A stretch of 64,000 nt of DNA from Epiperipatus broadwayi (GCA_028023455.1 JAQFVV010000006.1:5766001-5830000), one strand, 5' to 3'. Counted from the stretch's first letter, positions 24,381 to 39,324 are shown. The notes: generated by a model not told the origin, from the sequence alone. Made by a program: numbers and translations.

Positions 24381-26721
24381 GAAAAGTGTGATTTTGATAT
24401 ATTGGTTTTACTTCTAAAAGGCAGTTGAGTATCTAGGCATATGCATATTATTAGTACATCATATCTTGATTGTCAATAAATAATCCACTTCTTTCACTGA
24501 TTTTTTATATTGGTTATCTTATATATAAAATCCCTAAATGTTTGTCTGTATTACTGTCACATGATATTCAACTTAAACATTTCTTTGTTAGAGGGTGTAT
24601 TTTCCAAAGAAAAAATAATTATTTGTTCCGCCATTATTACACTGTAATTTTTTTTAGGAAGTATTTTATGCAAAGGAAATTTCTTCTTTATATTTTCTCA
24701 CATTTATTTATATAATATTAAAATCTTTTGTTTAATTTACATTAAATCTTTAAAAAAAAATTATTAAAGCAACCAATTAAAAAAACCACTTCCTTATTGA
24801 TGTTTGGGTACACAAAAACCATTAATAAAGCTAAATCTATTAATACCTTATCGAGTACTATTACAAAAATGATGGTCTTTCAGGGCAGCTACATTTGTCA
24901 CGTTTATTTATATAATATTAAAATCTTTTGCTTAATTTATATTTTAAAAAAACATTTGTTAAAACAAATAATTAAAAAAAATTAGAGGTTGGAACCATCT
25001 GGTATTAATTATAAATAATAATATACATATGTATGTAAGCCTAAGCAATTTCTTTGTCTCTAAAAATTAATCGAAGGATTTATTGTTCAAAAGGTTTTAA
25101 AAAAATTTGCACACCAAAGTCATAGTACAGGAGCTGTGATCATTGTAAATTGAGCTCAAAAATCCATTTCTGCACTAATATAGTGTTTATTTACAGATTT
25201 GTTTCTGAGGTTCCCATGGTTACATCACAAACTAAAAAAAAATGTCTGTGATTATCATCTAATTTTTTTTAAAAAAAGTTTCTTCCCTTTATTTTAAAAA
25301 CAAATATCCTGCGAACAGAAAAATTTGTTTGTTGGCATTGTAACATTTTGCTTTGTTTGCATTTTTATATTAGGTTTTTTTTAAAAAATTCCTTGTTGGC
25401 GTTAATGTTTAAAAAATTTAATTGTGTTTAAAATTGACTAACTTGTTTAAATTTATATTTATTAATTTTGCCAAAAATCAATAGATGGTTTTAGTGATAG
25501 CAATGGTATTCCAATCATGCACAAATGTGCATATTTATTGACAGAAAGTGACAGCAAATAAAATCTTGGGTGCTTTTCTGTTTTACTGGCAAACAAGATG
25601 TTGCCCATGTTTTGATAAATATGCAGTTTTAGGGGCCTACAATTTATTTTTTCAAATATATTAGTTGTTAAATTAAAAAAAAATAAGTTAAATGAAATAA
25701 AAGTAATAAATTATATTAATAATCTTTATTTCAATTTTTTTTTTACTTATATATAACATGGAAGTGACGATATACTTTGAACTTTAAAGTTTTTGATGGC
25801 TTGTGTAGAGAAATTAATGAGTATTTTATTGTGTTCTTACTTTCAAGTTTTTTTTATTTTTCAAATGAATTTTATTTCTATAACTCATTTTTTATTTATA
25901 TTCAATGTGTATGAAGTAAAATTTGATAGCACACAAAAACATAATATTCTAATGAAATTTTTCATATGGTTTATTTAATTATTTTCATTGACTTTTTAAG
26001 TCTGGAACTAATCTTCTTATTTTCCATATTTTTTTTTACACAAATTTACCAAATCTATCATGTAAAAAGAGAATTAGGTGTATAACATTGATACTAGCAC
26101 CATCTAGTGGAACTCCTTGTAATTTAAAACTGAATGATTCATTGAAAATTAAATGAATTGACTTTTTATTCATAATTTTATTTAACTTAAGTCAAATTCT
26201 GTCTAGATAAAATTTAATTTATATAATTTCATTACATTTCAATAATTTCATGTTATGTATATAAAATTAAAAATATAAAAAAAATTATTTTAAAATAAAT
26301 ACTTTCATTACATAAATGCGCTAAAAACTAAATTTATTTAGCTTTCACAAGTAAAAGTGTGGGGGCGCTCATGTTTAGAAATAGTCAGAGTTCAATTTTC
26401 TATCAATTCTTATTGGCTTATCAAGTAAAAATTACAATGTAATATTTTTAAGTTAATATTCTTTATGATTTTTCTTCTATTTGTACAAAAAAATATCTAT
26501 TTTCTATTTACATGAAATACAACCACACTTTTATACGTAAAAGCAGAATAAAATTTATTTTTTTAATTATTGGTACTTTTATGTGAGTTTAGTTTCTATT
26601 AAAATATATATATTCTGTTATTTATTTACACTGTGTTTTCACTCTTCATTGTTGCATATTTTCTCTATTTTATATTTTATTTTAATTACAATTCATATTC
26701 TTTATAAATTTTTTTTTCCAG

Positions 26722-26736
26722 GATTATAGTCACTAG
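26722..26736 (+). CDS. SVOP: SVOP-like transporter, terminal coding exon (DYSH-stop)
   Basis: Polypyrimidine tract tttttttttccag|GAT TAT AGT CAC TAG in phase 0; resembles SVOP ..LQESSH; AATAAA near 27116 and 27184. Confidence 0.6.
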   Translation, partial: DYSH

Positions 26737-27989
26737 GAATGTCGTGGATGTCATATTGTCACATCTTTACTTCCTGGACAGAATTACAAATGATTTTTTT
26801 AATTTTCATAATTTTCAGTCTTGAAAATAATCAATGATATTTTTTTTTCAAGCAGACTTATTTGTAATTGATCCTCAAAAAAGATTAAATTGTTTATTTT
26901 TATAAAACTAAGGGAGGGGAGACAAACTTTAAAAAAAGCAATGGGGCATATCACCAGTAAATAATCTATATATTACATAAGATATAAAAATTAATTACAA
27001 TTACAGCATTGTTAATAATTTAATAACAGTGAGAAAATTACCAATTGATAACTACTTTTTAATTAATATATATAAAAATAAGTATGTACTTTAAATGGTT
27101 TTATATTGGTATTAAAATAAATATAAATATGGACCATAGTGGAAAAATATATCCAGTGCTATAAATGTTTAAAATAATTTTGGGAATAAAATATCAATTT
27201 AATCTGAAAAGACTAGAAAAAGCCAGATTAAAGGTATCATGCAATTATCTTTAGCTTTTTTGCATATTAAATATTTATAAATGATAATATATTCGTTTTT
27301 ATTTAAATGTATATATTGTGAAAATATTATTAATCATATGGTTAATTGTTCCAAAAGTCATACGATGTCTAGGCCCTTAGTGATAGCTTGAGCATTCAGT
27401 TAGTTCTGGATTCTTATGTTACTTCCTGAGAATCAATTTTGAAATCGTTGGCTCAAAGTCTGAAATTCTGTCATCATCCTTAAATGGACAAGTTGTGATC
27501 AAACAGAATCCATACATTTTGGAAGGATTGACTGAAAATTTGGAATGGGTAAAGATTACAAAATAGGGCTGTGGGTGGAAAAGGTGATCATTTTTATGTT
27601 CATCATTCCTATTGTAAAAACTTTGCAGTTGGACCATCTACATATTATAGACATCTCTTAACCATTATGAGCCAGACTGTCAAACAAATTTAAACAGAGC
27701 ATCATGATATTGTGAAGTCATCAGATAGCCTTTAATTAGTGCTCTATATCAAGGTAAAAAAGATTTGAGGAAGCATGAATAAACATCAGAGTAATTGTGC
27801 CCTTTGAGGAGTGCCCCAGCATCTAATGACATTATGAGCATTTAATAAATAAATATCCCAGGAATGACCAAATAAGATTGACTCATAAAAAAATGTAGCT
27901 CAGTTTTCAACATCCCACTATTTATCTGAGTAATAATAATGGCAGCTCTGTGTAACGATATTATAATTGAATAATATACCTCTATAGAA

Positions 27990-28380
27990 ATGTAATATGG
28001 ACAGGATAGTAGAAAGGGAAGGGAAAGGATAACAATGAAAATGAAAAAAGAAAGATAAAAATTGTGAAGAACATAAATAAGGGAAAAATTGAGATAGAAA
28101 TAGAGATCATAAGAAAAGAAAATGATAAGAATAGAAGTGAGTTTATAAATTGAAAAGGGGAATAAGACAATGAAAGGAAGAAATGAAAGAGAGCAATGGA
28201 AAAATAATACCAAGAGGAATAAAAAATGAAAGAGAAGAGATGAGGAGAGCAAGCTATCTGGAGGGGGGGGGGATAAAAACAAAAATGAAAAAATGGGAAC
28301 CAACAAAAACCAAAAAAAAATGAGACAGGGAACAGAGGGAAGGCAAAAGAAAAAAGGAGGAAAAATAAAAAGATGTGTTA
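27990..28380. repeat. Polypurine (GA-rich) low-complexity tract
   Basis: Almost only A and G on +; second tract at 28640-28960. Confidence 0.8.
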
Positions 28381-28489
28381 ATTAATTAAAAATATTAGTT
28401 GCTTGAAAAGTCGTATGAAATTCAATTTAACATAGTAGCAACTTTTTCCTTACAATATTTCCACTTAGTGCAAATCTTAGTCATCAATG

Positions 28490-28630
28490 AATGGCAGAAA
28501 GTTAGTATCCTACTCATTCAATATCTCCTGACTAGATTCTAGCTTATGGCTTTGATGAGTGAGCAGTCTTGGATCTAAGAGTACTGCACCTAGAGCTGTG
28601 AAGCTAATGCACTCCTCCAGCAACCACTTT
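28490..28630 (-). mobile_element. Decayed family A fragment
   Basis: cctactcattcaatatctcctgactag...gtactgcacctagag; HHR core mutated. Confidence 0.6.
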
Positions 28631-29085
28631 TATAAAAGAAAAAAAAATGGTAAAGAAATTTAAAATGTGAATAACGAAGGTAAAGAAAAAAGTACAGAGA
28701 GAGCAAAATATCATGCTAAATTAGAAACAGAGAAAAAGAGGAACAGACTGAAGGCGAATAAGATAAAGGAAAATGGCCAGGCAAAAATAAAATTGAAAAG
28801 ATGGGTAAAGAAAAAGAAGAGAGAGACAGTAGGAGGAAGTGAGAAAGGTAAAAAGACATGGAAAATGAGTAAGAGAAAAAATTGACAGTGAGAAAAAGAA
28901 ATAGAAGGGAACAAAAAAAGAGAGGTTAGAGAAAACAAAGGAGAGAAATCAGAAAAATGAGTCAATTGCTTGCTATGTGTTTAACACTAGCATTTCAATT
29001 TCAGTATTAAATTTTAATTAATGGCATTAATAATATGCATAATATATGCCATTATTATCCAAAATAATGCAAACATTAACTATAC

Positions 29086-29430
29086 CATAGTCAAAATAAG
29101 AGTCATAGATCACATGACCCATCTCTTAAGCTTGTAAGTTATAAACAATGAGGATTGCCAATTCCTCTACAAGCTTTGTGATAAATGCTTAGCCAGAGCC
29201 AGCACTTAAAATATCCCTGTCAGGAATCCCTCCCCAAACCCCTGACCATGGTTTCATGCTTTGGGTTGGTATTTTTAGATCTAGTGACTGAACCTACCCT
29301 GACATCTTGCCAAAACATGAAACCATGGTCAAAGGTTTGGGGAGGGTTCCTGACAGAGATATTTTAAGTGCTGGCTCTGGCTAAGCATTTATCACAAAGC
29401 TCGTAGAGGAATTGGCAATCCTCATTGTTT
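29086..29430. mobile_element. Family G palindrome, internally deleted
   Basis: Arms of about 115 bp; unique tail on the left; 11-bp TSD attaactatac (29075-29085 / 29431-29441). Confidence 0.8.
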
Positions 29431-30556
29431 ATTAACTATACTATGATTATATAAAACGAAAGTATTTGTGTTAATTTAAGCACTTGAATTGTATGTAAAT
29501 TGGAAGAATGTATTTTAATCCTATGGAGTTTAATATTTGCTGTATTTAATTTGTAATAAATGAAAATTAAAAAATAAAGAAACAGAAGCAAGTTTTTCTT
29601 TGTATAAATTATTTATTTCGTATTCATACAATTTTATAACACATTCCAGACTGAATAGGTGGGATATACGAGTAATATTTATATAAAAGTCTTCTTACAT
29701 TCAGTTTAACATGACTGGTAATACAGAATAATAATAAATACAAAGATGAAAGAAAAATAAAGGCCAAAAATTTTTTGTACAAAATCAATCTAAGAAAAAA
29801 AAATTCAAATAAAACTCAACTTTAAATATAAAATGGCCATATATATATACACACACATAAATTTATAACTGATGGAAGACAAAGTTGTGTTTAAATTCAT
29901 TTGACAAAACTAGACAAATTTTCATTAAAAATATACAATTACCGAAAAAAAATGATGAATTAATTAACATATATATATACATATATATGTATAATGGGAA
30001 TATAAATTTTTTTGGCATTCATTTTTAGAAATTATATGCAATAGGTTATGTAAACAATAACTGGACTATTGATTTTATATACAAATTGAAAAAAAAAAGA
30101 CATGATTTGATTTATTACGGAATTCGATCTCAGAGATCAGAGTAGAAATGAGAATAATAAAATTGTGTACTGCATAAGACAATACATATACATTAAAACA
30201 AACATATCAAACGAAATTTTTTTTAAAAAAAGAAAACCCAGTTTTTAAACACGAGAAAATCAATTTACAGATACCATTTTTCCTGAAAATGGGCTTAAAA
30301 AAAACTTGGCTTATAAATTACATTCTGACTAGTAAATAATAAAAATTACAATATAATAATAACAATTTTCCGATAGGTAAAATACTTACAAAGTATATAG
30401 ATATACAAAAATGGAACCATAAAATGAAAAGTATAAACATTTACACCAAAAATACAATCACATAAAAGGAAGGGGGATCTAATTTTTCACTAAACCACAA
30501 TATATATGAGTATTAGAATAAAGTTTGGTTATAAATTAAAATAGTAATAACATACA

Positions 30557-30860
30557 GGTTAGTAGACACATTACATTTTGAGTAGTAATATTCTCTGCTT
30601 TTCTTCAGGTGTTGCCAGCCTGGCAAGTAACTTTACTAGCATAGGATTCGAACTTAGTCTTTAGATTATTGAATTTTAAGGCAACATTCTAACCAACTGG
30701 GCTATTTTGTCAAAGGCTCAGTTGGTTTGAGCGTTTGCCTTAAAATTCGAGAATCTAAAGGTGTGAGTTCGACTCCTATACTAATGTTGTCACTGGTCAG
30801 ACCAGCAACACCTAAAGATCAAAGAATAATACTACTCACAACATTGTGTTATTATTAACT
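30557..30860. mobile_element. Family C palindrome (tRNA-like apex), HHRs decayed
   Basis: Same apex as 12960-12990; ggctcagttggtttgagcg...gagttcgactcc. Confidence 0.8.
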
Positions 30861-33800
30861 TAAATATTTATTTTTAAATTGAGAGATTGTTCGAAAATTG
30901 AGAGTCTAGATGTAAATAAATAAATAAAGGTACATTAATATAATAAATGGTTAAATAAATAATTTTTATATATTAGTTATATTCCAAATAAAGTGATTTA
31001 AATTACATATATATTAGAATACTTGCGCACTTGAATATAATGAAGTTAATGTGTAAAACACATGAATATAAACACATACATTATATGTATTATGTTGTTG
31101 TTTTTTTTTAAAAAGTTCTATATCTGTCTAAACTATATGCAAAATAATTTTCAACTTTTTGGCTAGATTTGAATCAAAGTTATAGATATACCAGACAGAT
31201 ACATTACCATTATGATCTATGGTCTTTCCTTATAGAAAAATGAGTGTGTATTTATAAATATCACTTACATATTTGCTTATATAAAATTAGTTAAATAAAA
31301 TCTGCTCCTAATTGTCAATTATATGAGTCAGCAAATATTGGCCTTTGTATCTAAAGAATGAATACAATATATATATTGATGGGTACACACCATAAATATA
31401 ATTTTTTTAAATATTGACTGGATGATTTTTAATACAAATCAAAAGTTTTACTAAATATATACATACTCAGTATAATATTATTAAGCGCCTTTTTCCATCT
31501 CATTATTTAATTAAAATATTAGCCTAATTTTAAACTGTGAATTACAACAATACAAGGCTAATGGAAGGGGAAACATTTCATGAAGACGATTATGCTAAAA
31601 CAGTTCTTTCAATCTTGTGTTGATATAGTCCATAATTCTAAATTTGGCTAATATCTTAGTTAAATAATGAGATAGTGTTTAAATGCATTCATTCATAATA
31701 TTATAAGATACAGCTTGGTAAATTACTAATTACAAAGTTGATTATGGTGTATTATTTAATGCACATTGAAAATTTGAAAAAACTTTTTTTTTTTAATTTA
31801 TGACTGAAATGTTCAAAAAGTCATTACACATTTGTGAATATGTTATTAATAATTTATTAAATACTGATGGAGTATAAGAACATCTGATAATACGATTATC
31901 TATGTTCCTATAAATATTTATAAGATCCATAATATACCCCCATTTTAGGATAATTCTAAAATTTGAGGTACGAGTACTCTTTTACAAAATAAGTTGGTAC
32001 GAAATTCAATTTTTTTTTTAAAAAAAACCTATAAAAGTAGTTATGTTTATAATAAACACCTGTAAAGGTGAAAAAAAACGTGTAATAAAATATTTTATCA
32101 CAAACATACTGCCAGCTACAAAATAATAGTTATGTAAACATAAAAATTATGTCTCACATTTTTATCGTGTTTTTTTTTACTTCAATTTTATTTCAAAATA
32201 CTTTTAAAATTCACATTTTTTTTAATTTGCAAGATTAAATCCCTGAAGTAGATTGTTTGTACTCCTGATAAAATTAAGCTCTGCCCAATTTCATTTAATA
32301 AGTTCAATAAAACATTTCATATATATATAAAAAGGTCATTTCTTTTTGCTTGAAACCATTATTTGAGAATTTTCTACATTAAATCGAATTAAAAATGGAT
32401 CTTTTTTTTAAAAAAAGGGACCATTTTCATTCATCCAATAAATGCTATCAATATTTTATCTTACCATCTTTAATTATTTAAATTAATATGACACATTGTT
32501 TTAATAAGTCTCATGCTACAATCATGCATTAACTATGCCAATGTGTGTTTGTGCAATCATAATTCTATGCTTGTTATATGTATACTTTCTCATTTTATTT
32601 ATCTTTGTTTGCTATATATTTAATAATCAGTCTTTCTATCTTCATTGATTTTCTTACGAGTTAGAACAGCCATATTGTTTTTGACCATTTTCTGGCAGTA
32701 ATGAATATTAAATAAAAATACATTTATTTAAATAAAAAATTATTTTTAAAAGAAAAAAATTATTAATTCATTTTATTTAAATTCACATAAAGTAATTCAC
32801 TTGAGAAATTATTCACCACCTATTGAGAGTTTTTGCAAACTTTATTTGTAATTTGTTATTTTAAATCGTACTTTATTCTAAAGTTTTAGTTCAGAAATAA
32901 TTCCATAGGTGTTATGAAAAGTGAAAATTCAATAAAAAAAAATAATGCCTTAATCCTACTTTGATGAGTATCTTTTGCGTTTCTGACACCATTAATTTTT
33001 ACGACATTCGGAGAAAATAATTTGAATAACAAAAAATGTGCTTATTTGTAAGTTTATTAAAATTTATGGTTATTTTTGCACAATAATTGTGTAATAATTA
33101 TTAAAAAGCAAGAATATAAATTATTATTTATTTTGAATGGAAATATTTTATTTTTTAAAATGGAACTTTGTGTTTTTGGACAATGAAAATTACTCTGATG
33201 GCATGTTCAAACTTCACTAAAATGTAATCAATGCAATCAGTAGCCACATGTGTGAATATACCATAATATTGCAAAAAAAATACTAAAAAATTTTAAACTT
33301 TTAAAGCATAATTTGATAAATTTAAGAGAAATAAATATTTATTTATTTACATTTTAAAAAACAAATGTCATATAAAAAAGACTGTTGTTTTTCGAAAATA
33401 AAAATACTCTTCCCAGAAATGATTATAAATGAGATTTATTGATTTGATTATTATCTGATTTATTTTAATATTTTTAAAAAAAGTCAAATGGGATTATTTA
33501 GAATTTACTTTATAAACAAAAATATATATCAAATAAAGTAAAATTTATTATATTCTGATAAATAATAGTGGTTAAATCTTAAACTTAATATTGAATGCTT
33601 ACACAGCTGGTGAAAATAACTAAAACTAAATGTGAGAGGATTAAATTTCAAGGTAAATTTTAATAATATTCACATATTACTATAAAGATTCTGTCTTAAA
33701 ATCTAAATTGTGCTGGATAAAATTTGGGATTCCATGATAAAATTAATTTTTGAATTCTAACAAATAGTTTAAAATATGTATTTTTTTTACTCAACCCTGC

Positions 33801-33979
33801 AAGAAAAGCAAAACATAAAATTTGTCCACAAGCCAAAGAAAGATATAGTTTAATTACTCTTATTAATTAATTTAGAATCAGTAAAATTTATCAAAGTAAA
33901 AAGAATTCTATAGTTAAAATTAGGATTTTTTTATTTTAAAAAAAGCACAATCCTTACTTTCTGTGATGCTTTACAGAAT

Positions 33980-34125
33980 ATTTTATGACAGTTTTGACTG
34001 ACTAACAGACTTCTTCAGATCTAAAAAGTCATTTTAAATTCCTTTTTTTGTAAAAAAAAATAATATAAAATTATTTTTAGGTCTGAAGAAGATCGCTAAA
34101 GTATTGAAACTGTTATAAGAAATAA
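33980..34125. mobile_element. Decayed palindrome with two HHR remnants (family B-like)
   Basis: cttcttcagatctaaaaa / tttttaggtctgaagaag inverted pair. Confidence 0.45.
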
Positions 34126-34659
34126 AGATCTTATGAAAAAGATATTAGAACTGTGCTTTTTAAAAAATATTTAATATAAGCAATGCAGTAAGAGTAGAAG
34201 AATAAATTAGAAATTGTTGGTCCAAGATAAGGAGGAGTGTTATTTTTTGTGAAGAAATATTAGTTTCTATATACAAATATTGAATAGAGAAATAAGAATG
34301 TAGATGCGTGAATATTGTTTAGTTCTTTTAAATATTAATTAATTTAATATAAGGAAATAATTTACCACACACATGCATATATATATATATATAGCATAAT
34401 ATACATTTATAAATTTGTAAAAATTATATTTCCCACATCTCAATTTGTTACGATAATATAATAACCCAGACTGATTGTCATGCTTTAATATAATTGGCTG
34501 AATAATTTATCTACAAAGAAACCAATAAAATAATTGAATGAATAGTCAATTTGAATAACATGTGAAGTTCAAACATCAGAAGAAAATGTTGTTTGATTGG
34601 ACTTGTGTTCTCTTTGGTGAATCACCTATGATACTTTCATCATTTAATCAATAGATAAA

Positions 34660-35400
34660 TACTGGAAGATAGATAACATGTTGAAAAATGTGAAAATTAT
34701 AAATAGATAGACATGAAAATCACACAAAAACAACAGATAGAGCTATAAATAAATGAAATGTGCTGGATAGGATTAAATCCATAATAAATAGGCTATTCTG
34801 GATCTTAATATATTATGACAATAAATGATATATACAGCACATAGATAAAAAATATCATACAATGAAAAAGGAAACAACAGTTGTAGTAATGGATTACTGG
34901 TAAAGATCTGTATCAAGGTCAAGAGAATGGATTGGGAATAAGAAATACGAGTATTGGAAATAAGAAATAATGAGTATTGAACATATATTAAATAAAACCA
35001 GATGAGATGTGAATGATAAATACCACATTGAAAAATGTGAAAATTTAAATAGATGAACATGAAAATTACACACAAAAAAACAACAGACAGTGCTATAGAA
35101 ATGTGCTAGATAGGGTTAGGGCAATAATAAATAGACTATTATCGACCAGAATATATCAAATTAATAAATGATGAATATTTCAACATATAAATGAAAAGTA
35201 TCATATGTGGAAGAGTTCACAATGGAAAAGGAATCAACAAGATAGAAATGGATTACTAGTAAAGATCTGTATCATGGGCAAGGAAATGGATCAGCAACAA
35301 AAGAGTTCAAGAAATAATGAATATTGAGCACTATATTAAATGAAACCAGAATGGAATAATGTGAAAGGAATGGTATACATGAAAATATACACCACTATGG
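34660..35400. repeat. Tandem duplication of about 345 bp
   Basis: ttgaaaaatgtgaaaatt...ggattact(g/a)gtaaagatctgtatca occurs twice. Confidence 0.8.
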
Positions 35401-36336
35401 GAAAAACTACCGAAACAAATATTAAACTGTACACCACCGGACGAGGAAAGAAAAACTAAATTTAAAAAATTAGAGAAAAAATTTGTAAGGATTGGACAAT
35501 GCCATAGAATGTTATAAATTGGTAGGAAGATTTTAAAAATAGTACTTTTTAAAACAGAAGTTTATTCAAACCTTCTCAACGTAAGTTATATCATAAGTGA
35601 TTAACGAATTAATTAGATAATGCTACTAACATCACAGTAGTATTAATTTTTGTTGAGTATTTAAAACAATACATAAAACAGTCAGATTTTAAAGTCAAAA
35701 TAAGATGGTTGTGCTTTATTTCTTTCATAATTGAATTACATATATCCATTTCCGACACAGGTGGAGCTGCAGAAAGCATTATTTCCTGTTTCATTAAGCT
35801 ATTTGACTGCTTTGATTAATTTAACAAATAATATGAAAAATTTCTGATAGTATTTACTTTCTATATCAGCTTTAACTATTTAACTTACTATTTTTTAAGT
35901 GTAAGAGCAAAACTAAGACAACTTCTGTTTGTAGAAAGACTTATAGAGGAGAGGTGTGTGGATTCTTTATTTCGTAATGTAGCTTAAATAACAAAATAAA
36001 TAGAAAGACACTCATAGGATTTCTGTGAGCAAATTGTACCTCACTGAACAGGTTATGAAGTGGCTTTAAAGAAGTAAATGCTAACATGGATGAGTAAAAA
36101 AAGATAAGCAACAGCAAATAGCCACATCATATAATAAACAGTTACATATACATACTTTCAGCAAGAAATGAAAAAAATAATTGAGTGAATAATCATTCAG
36201 GAAATCATGATATTCATGTATAAGAAATTACAAGCTGAGTTTTGATACAATATCACACTGCAATAAAACACAACAGATAGGAAAAGAATAATGTTCACAT
36301 TTATGATGGGTTTTAATGTTGAATAAATATTTTCAT

Positions 36337-36510
36337 GAATTGGTATTATAATAAAGAATAGATGTAAGGAGATTATATCCATGTAAACAGATAACTTTTT
36401 GCCTTTTGTTGTTGCCAGGAAACTATCAATGAATACTAATTGATAATTATCCTGAGGCTAAATAAGTTTTCTCCATTAACCTACTATAGCTCTTTTGTTG
36501 AATTTTTGAT
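36337..36510 (+). repeat. Dispersed repeat, homologous to 4457-4630
   Basis: attggtattataataaagaatag...cctgaggctaaa(c/t)aagttttctc shared. Confidence 0.7.
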
Positions 36511-38289
36511 TGATATATATATAGTGTTCCATAAATGACTATAATATACAATATTATCATAATCTTAGTATATTCATGTCAATCCTGAAGCTTTTTAAAA
36601 AAAAAAAATGATGAGGCATTTTGGAGTTCTATTTTCTGTGAAGCGATTCAGATTAAATGATAAAAAATCCAAATGACTGATTGATGTGGAGTTTTGATGA
36701 TTGCAAAGGGTCAACATAAAAATGGGACATCATATATAATGTGAACTAACAGCATTTAAATATTTTTTAAGAACTACAAGTATAACTTAGTACTATCAAT
36801 ATGCTTCTACAAAAAACTGCGAACAGTAGAGTATATTGAAATCAACAGTATTGATTTATGAATAAATCATTACGTGTAAAGTTATAAAAAAGGAATAGTG
36901 CTTTTGTCCACTTGGAACTTAAAAGAAGAGTGATAAGAATATTTTGCAATTGTAATGGTTTATGATGGCTCGTTAAATAGATTGTTTCATGACTCATTAA
37001 AGTCATATTTAAATAACTGAGGTCATTTGCATGTTTTAGTTGGAGCATAGTTTTATATACATCAGAACCTTGGATCATTATATAAGAAAGGAGGAAAGAC
37101 TGTAGGCTTCAGATATATGAATTTGGATGAGAACAGAAATCATAAGTTAGATGAATAAGATTTGATAATACAAAAGTTAAAAGGATTTAACATCATGTGA
37201 TCACTATTTCATATGATTGCACAGGCTGTTAATAACATTAGCAAACTCTCCATACAGTAGTGCCAACAAGTGTAAGCCTTAGTAATTAATGGTCCTACTG
37301 TAAGGAGGATTGATTTTATTTTTTAAAATTATAAAGTAGAAGGGAAACTGGGCATGCAATTAGAAATAGGATAACTACAAAAGGCTTGTAAGATAACATT
37401 CTATGCCTTTAGAATAATGTAAATATTATTCTCAATATGTAAAATATAAGACCTGTCTGGACAAAAAATTTATCTTGAAATCATAAAATTCCAAAAATTA
37501 GTGCTGATAAATTAGATACTGAAATTATAAAAGATGAGATGAAACTTCTGAAACAAAATAGAAATAGTTGTCACCACAATATTATAAAAAAACAAAATGC
37601 ATAATCACAGTTTTATACATTTAAAGTCCGTAACAGCAAAAAAAAAATTCATTATTATAATAACCGAGTTAAAAAGTTTTGAAATATAACATGTAGCAAT
37701 TGTTAAATATTTGGGACACACTTATATGAAAGTTATTCATTGTGGTGGGTAAAAGGAAATGAGCAAAGAGAAGAAAGCATTAATCATCATGAGAATTTGA
37801 AAATAAGATATGAAGAGTGATTTGGTTTGATGCACAAAACCAGTCTGTTACAATACTTTCAAAGCAATATTGAAACACCTAAAACACTTTTAATTTACAG
37901 ATAATGACAATTAAAACTTATGCTCACATGTGTATAATGCATGTGCTAATTTCTCAGCAACTAGACTGCAGTATCCAATGACCATGAAATAATACCTGAT
38001 CATCATCATCAATGGTTTTCCACTGCTTATCACTTTATTAGCCCCATTTATGCTAGAACATCCATACGAACTTTTAAAAATATTGATTTTTACCTACTGA
38101 TTTTATCAACCAATAAGCAAATTAATAATTTAAACAATTGTTATTTCCATAAATAATGATACATATTTTAAATAAATTACTAGTTAAATACTTAACAATA
38201 TTACATCGCAGAACTATGATTCAACTTTCTTAAAAATGATAATAAATTCTGATCACATGACACTAGGCCCATTACATCAAAAGAACATT

Positions 38290-38690
38290 CAAAATAAGAG
38301 TCATAGATCACATGACCCAATTCTCTTAAGCTTGTAAGATATAAACAATGAGCATTGCCAATTGCTCAACAAGCTTTGTGATAAATGCTTAGCCAGAGAA
38401 AGCATTTAAAATATTTCTGTCCAAAAACTCCCCCCAAACCACTGACTAATGGTTTTGTGCTTTGGCACTCCTCAGGTGCTAGTGTAGCTTCAGACAATAG
38501 ATCTAAAAATACCAACCCAAAATCGGTGTCTGAAGCTATCCTAGCGCCTCTCTGAGGAGTACCAAAGCACAAAACCATTGGTCAGAGGTTTGGAGGGGGG
38601 TTCCTGACAGAGATATTTTAAATGCTTTCTCTGACTAAGCATTTATCACAAAGCTTGTTGAGCAATTGGCAATGCTCATTGTTTATAACT
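38290..38690. mobile_element. Family G palindrome with two HHRs (G12 mutated to A)
   Basis: Arms of about 165 bp; CCUCU CUGAGGA GUAC CAAA GCAC AAAA CCAUUGG UC AGAGG at 38547-38588; same tail as 29086. Confidence 0.8.
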
Positions 38691-39324
38691 TTAAAACATG
38701 TTGGTAAATGTTTTACAAAAAAACATCTTTTTATGGCTATTTCTCAATAAATTAAAATATTCTAAAAAACAATGTTTTACTCTTTTATGTAAAATAATGA
38801 ATTACCAGCTTTATTTTAAACAATAATTTCAAATTATAGCAAATGAAAGGCTTGACAAACTTCATTATTACCTGCATTATATTTTATATAGACTAAAGCA
38901 GTGAAGCGCCCTCTAGAAAGTTCATTATAAATTAAAGTATTAAATGTTATTCTGTTTTTCTTTTTTATATTTTCAATAACTATAGTTTCAAGAAATCATA
39001 TTCCAATAAAAAAAATAATGAATAGAAATAAAAAAATAAAAGTTTAATTTTTTAACTCACAGTTTAATTTCTAAAGCTGTTTTACAAAATGTCACAAGAA
39101 AATGGCTGCTATTCCCTTTTTAGGTAAATATAATAGTTTGAATTTAAAATTTAATGTTAAATAACAGTATCTTTTGTATTTCATTAATAATTTTTATCAC
39201 AACAAGAATAAAGAAAGTTTTATTTATTTATTCTTTTAAGAGATATATACATTTTTATTGTATATGCTAAAAATGTACATAGAATTCATGTTAATTGATG
39301 AACAATTGTTGGGTTAAATTGTAC

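Noticed and set aside
27400-27800. Possible extra exon or endonuclease remnant after the SVOP stop
   Set aside because: No convincing splice sites or recognisable motif
27842-28965. Hydrophobic F/L/S-rich and K/E-rich ORFs
   Set aside because: Translations of polypurine/polypyrimidine low-complexity tracts
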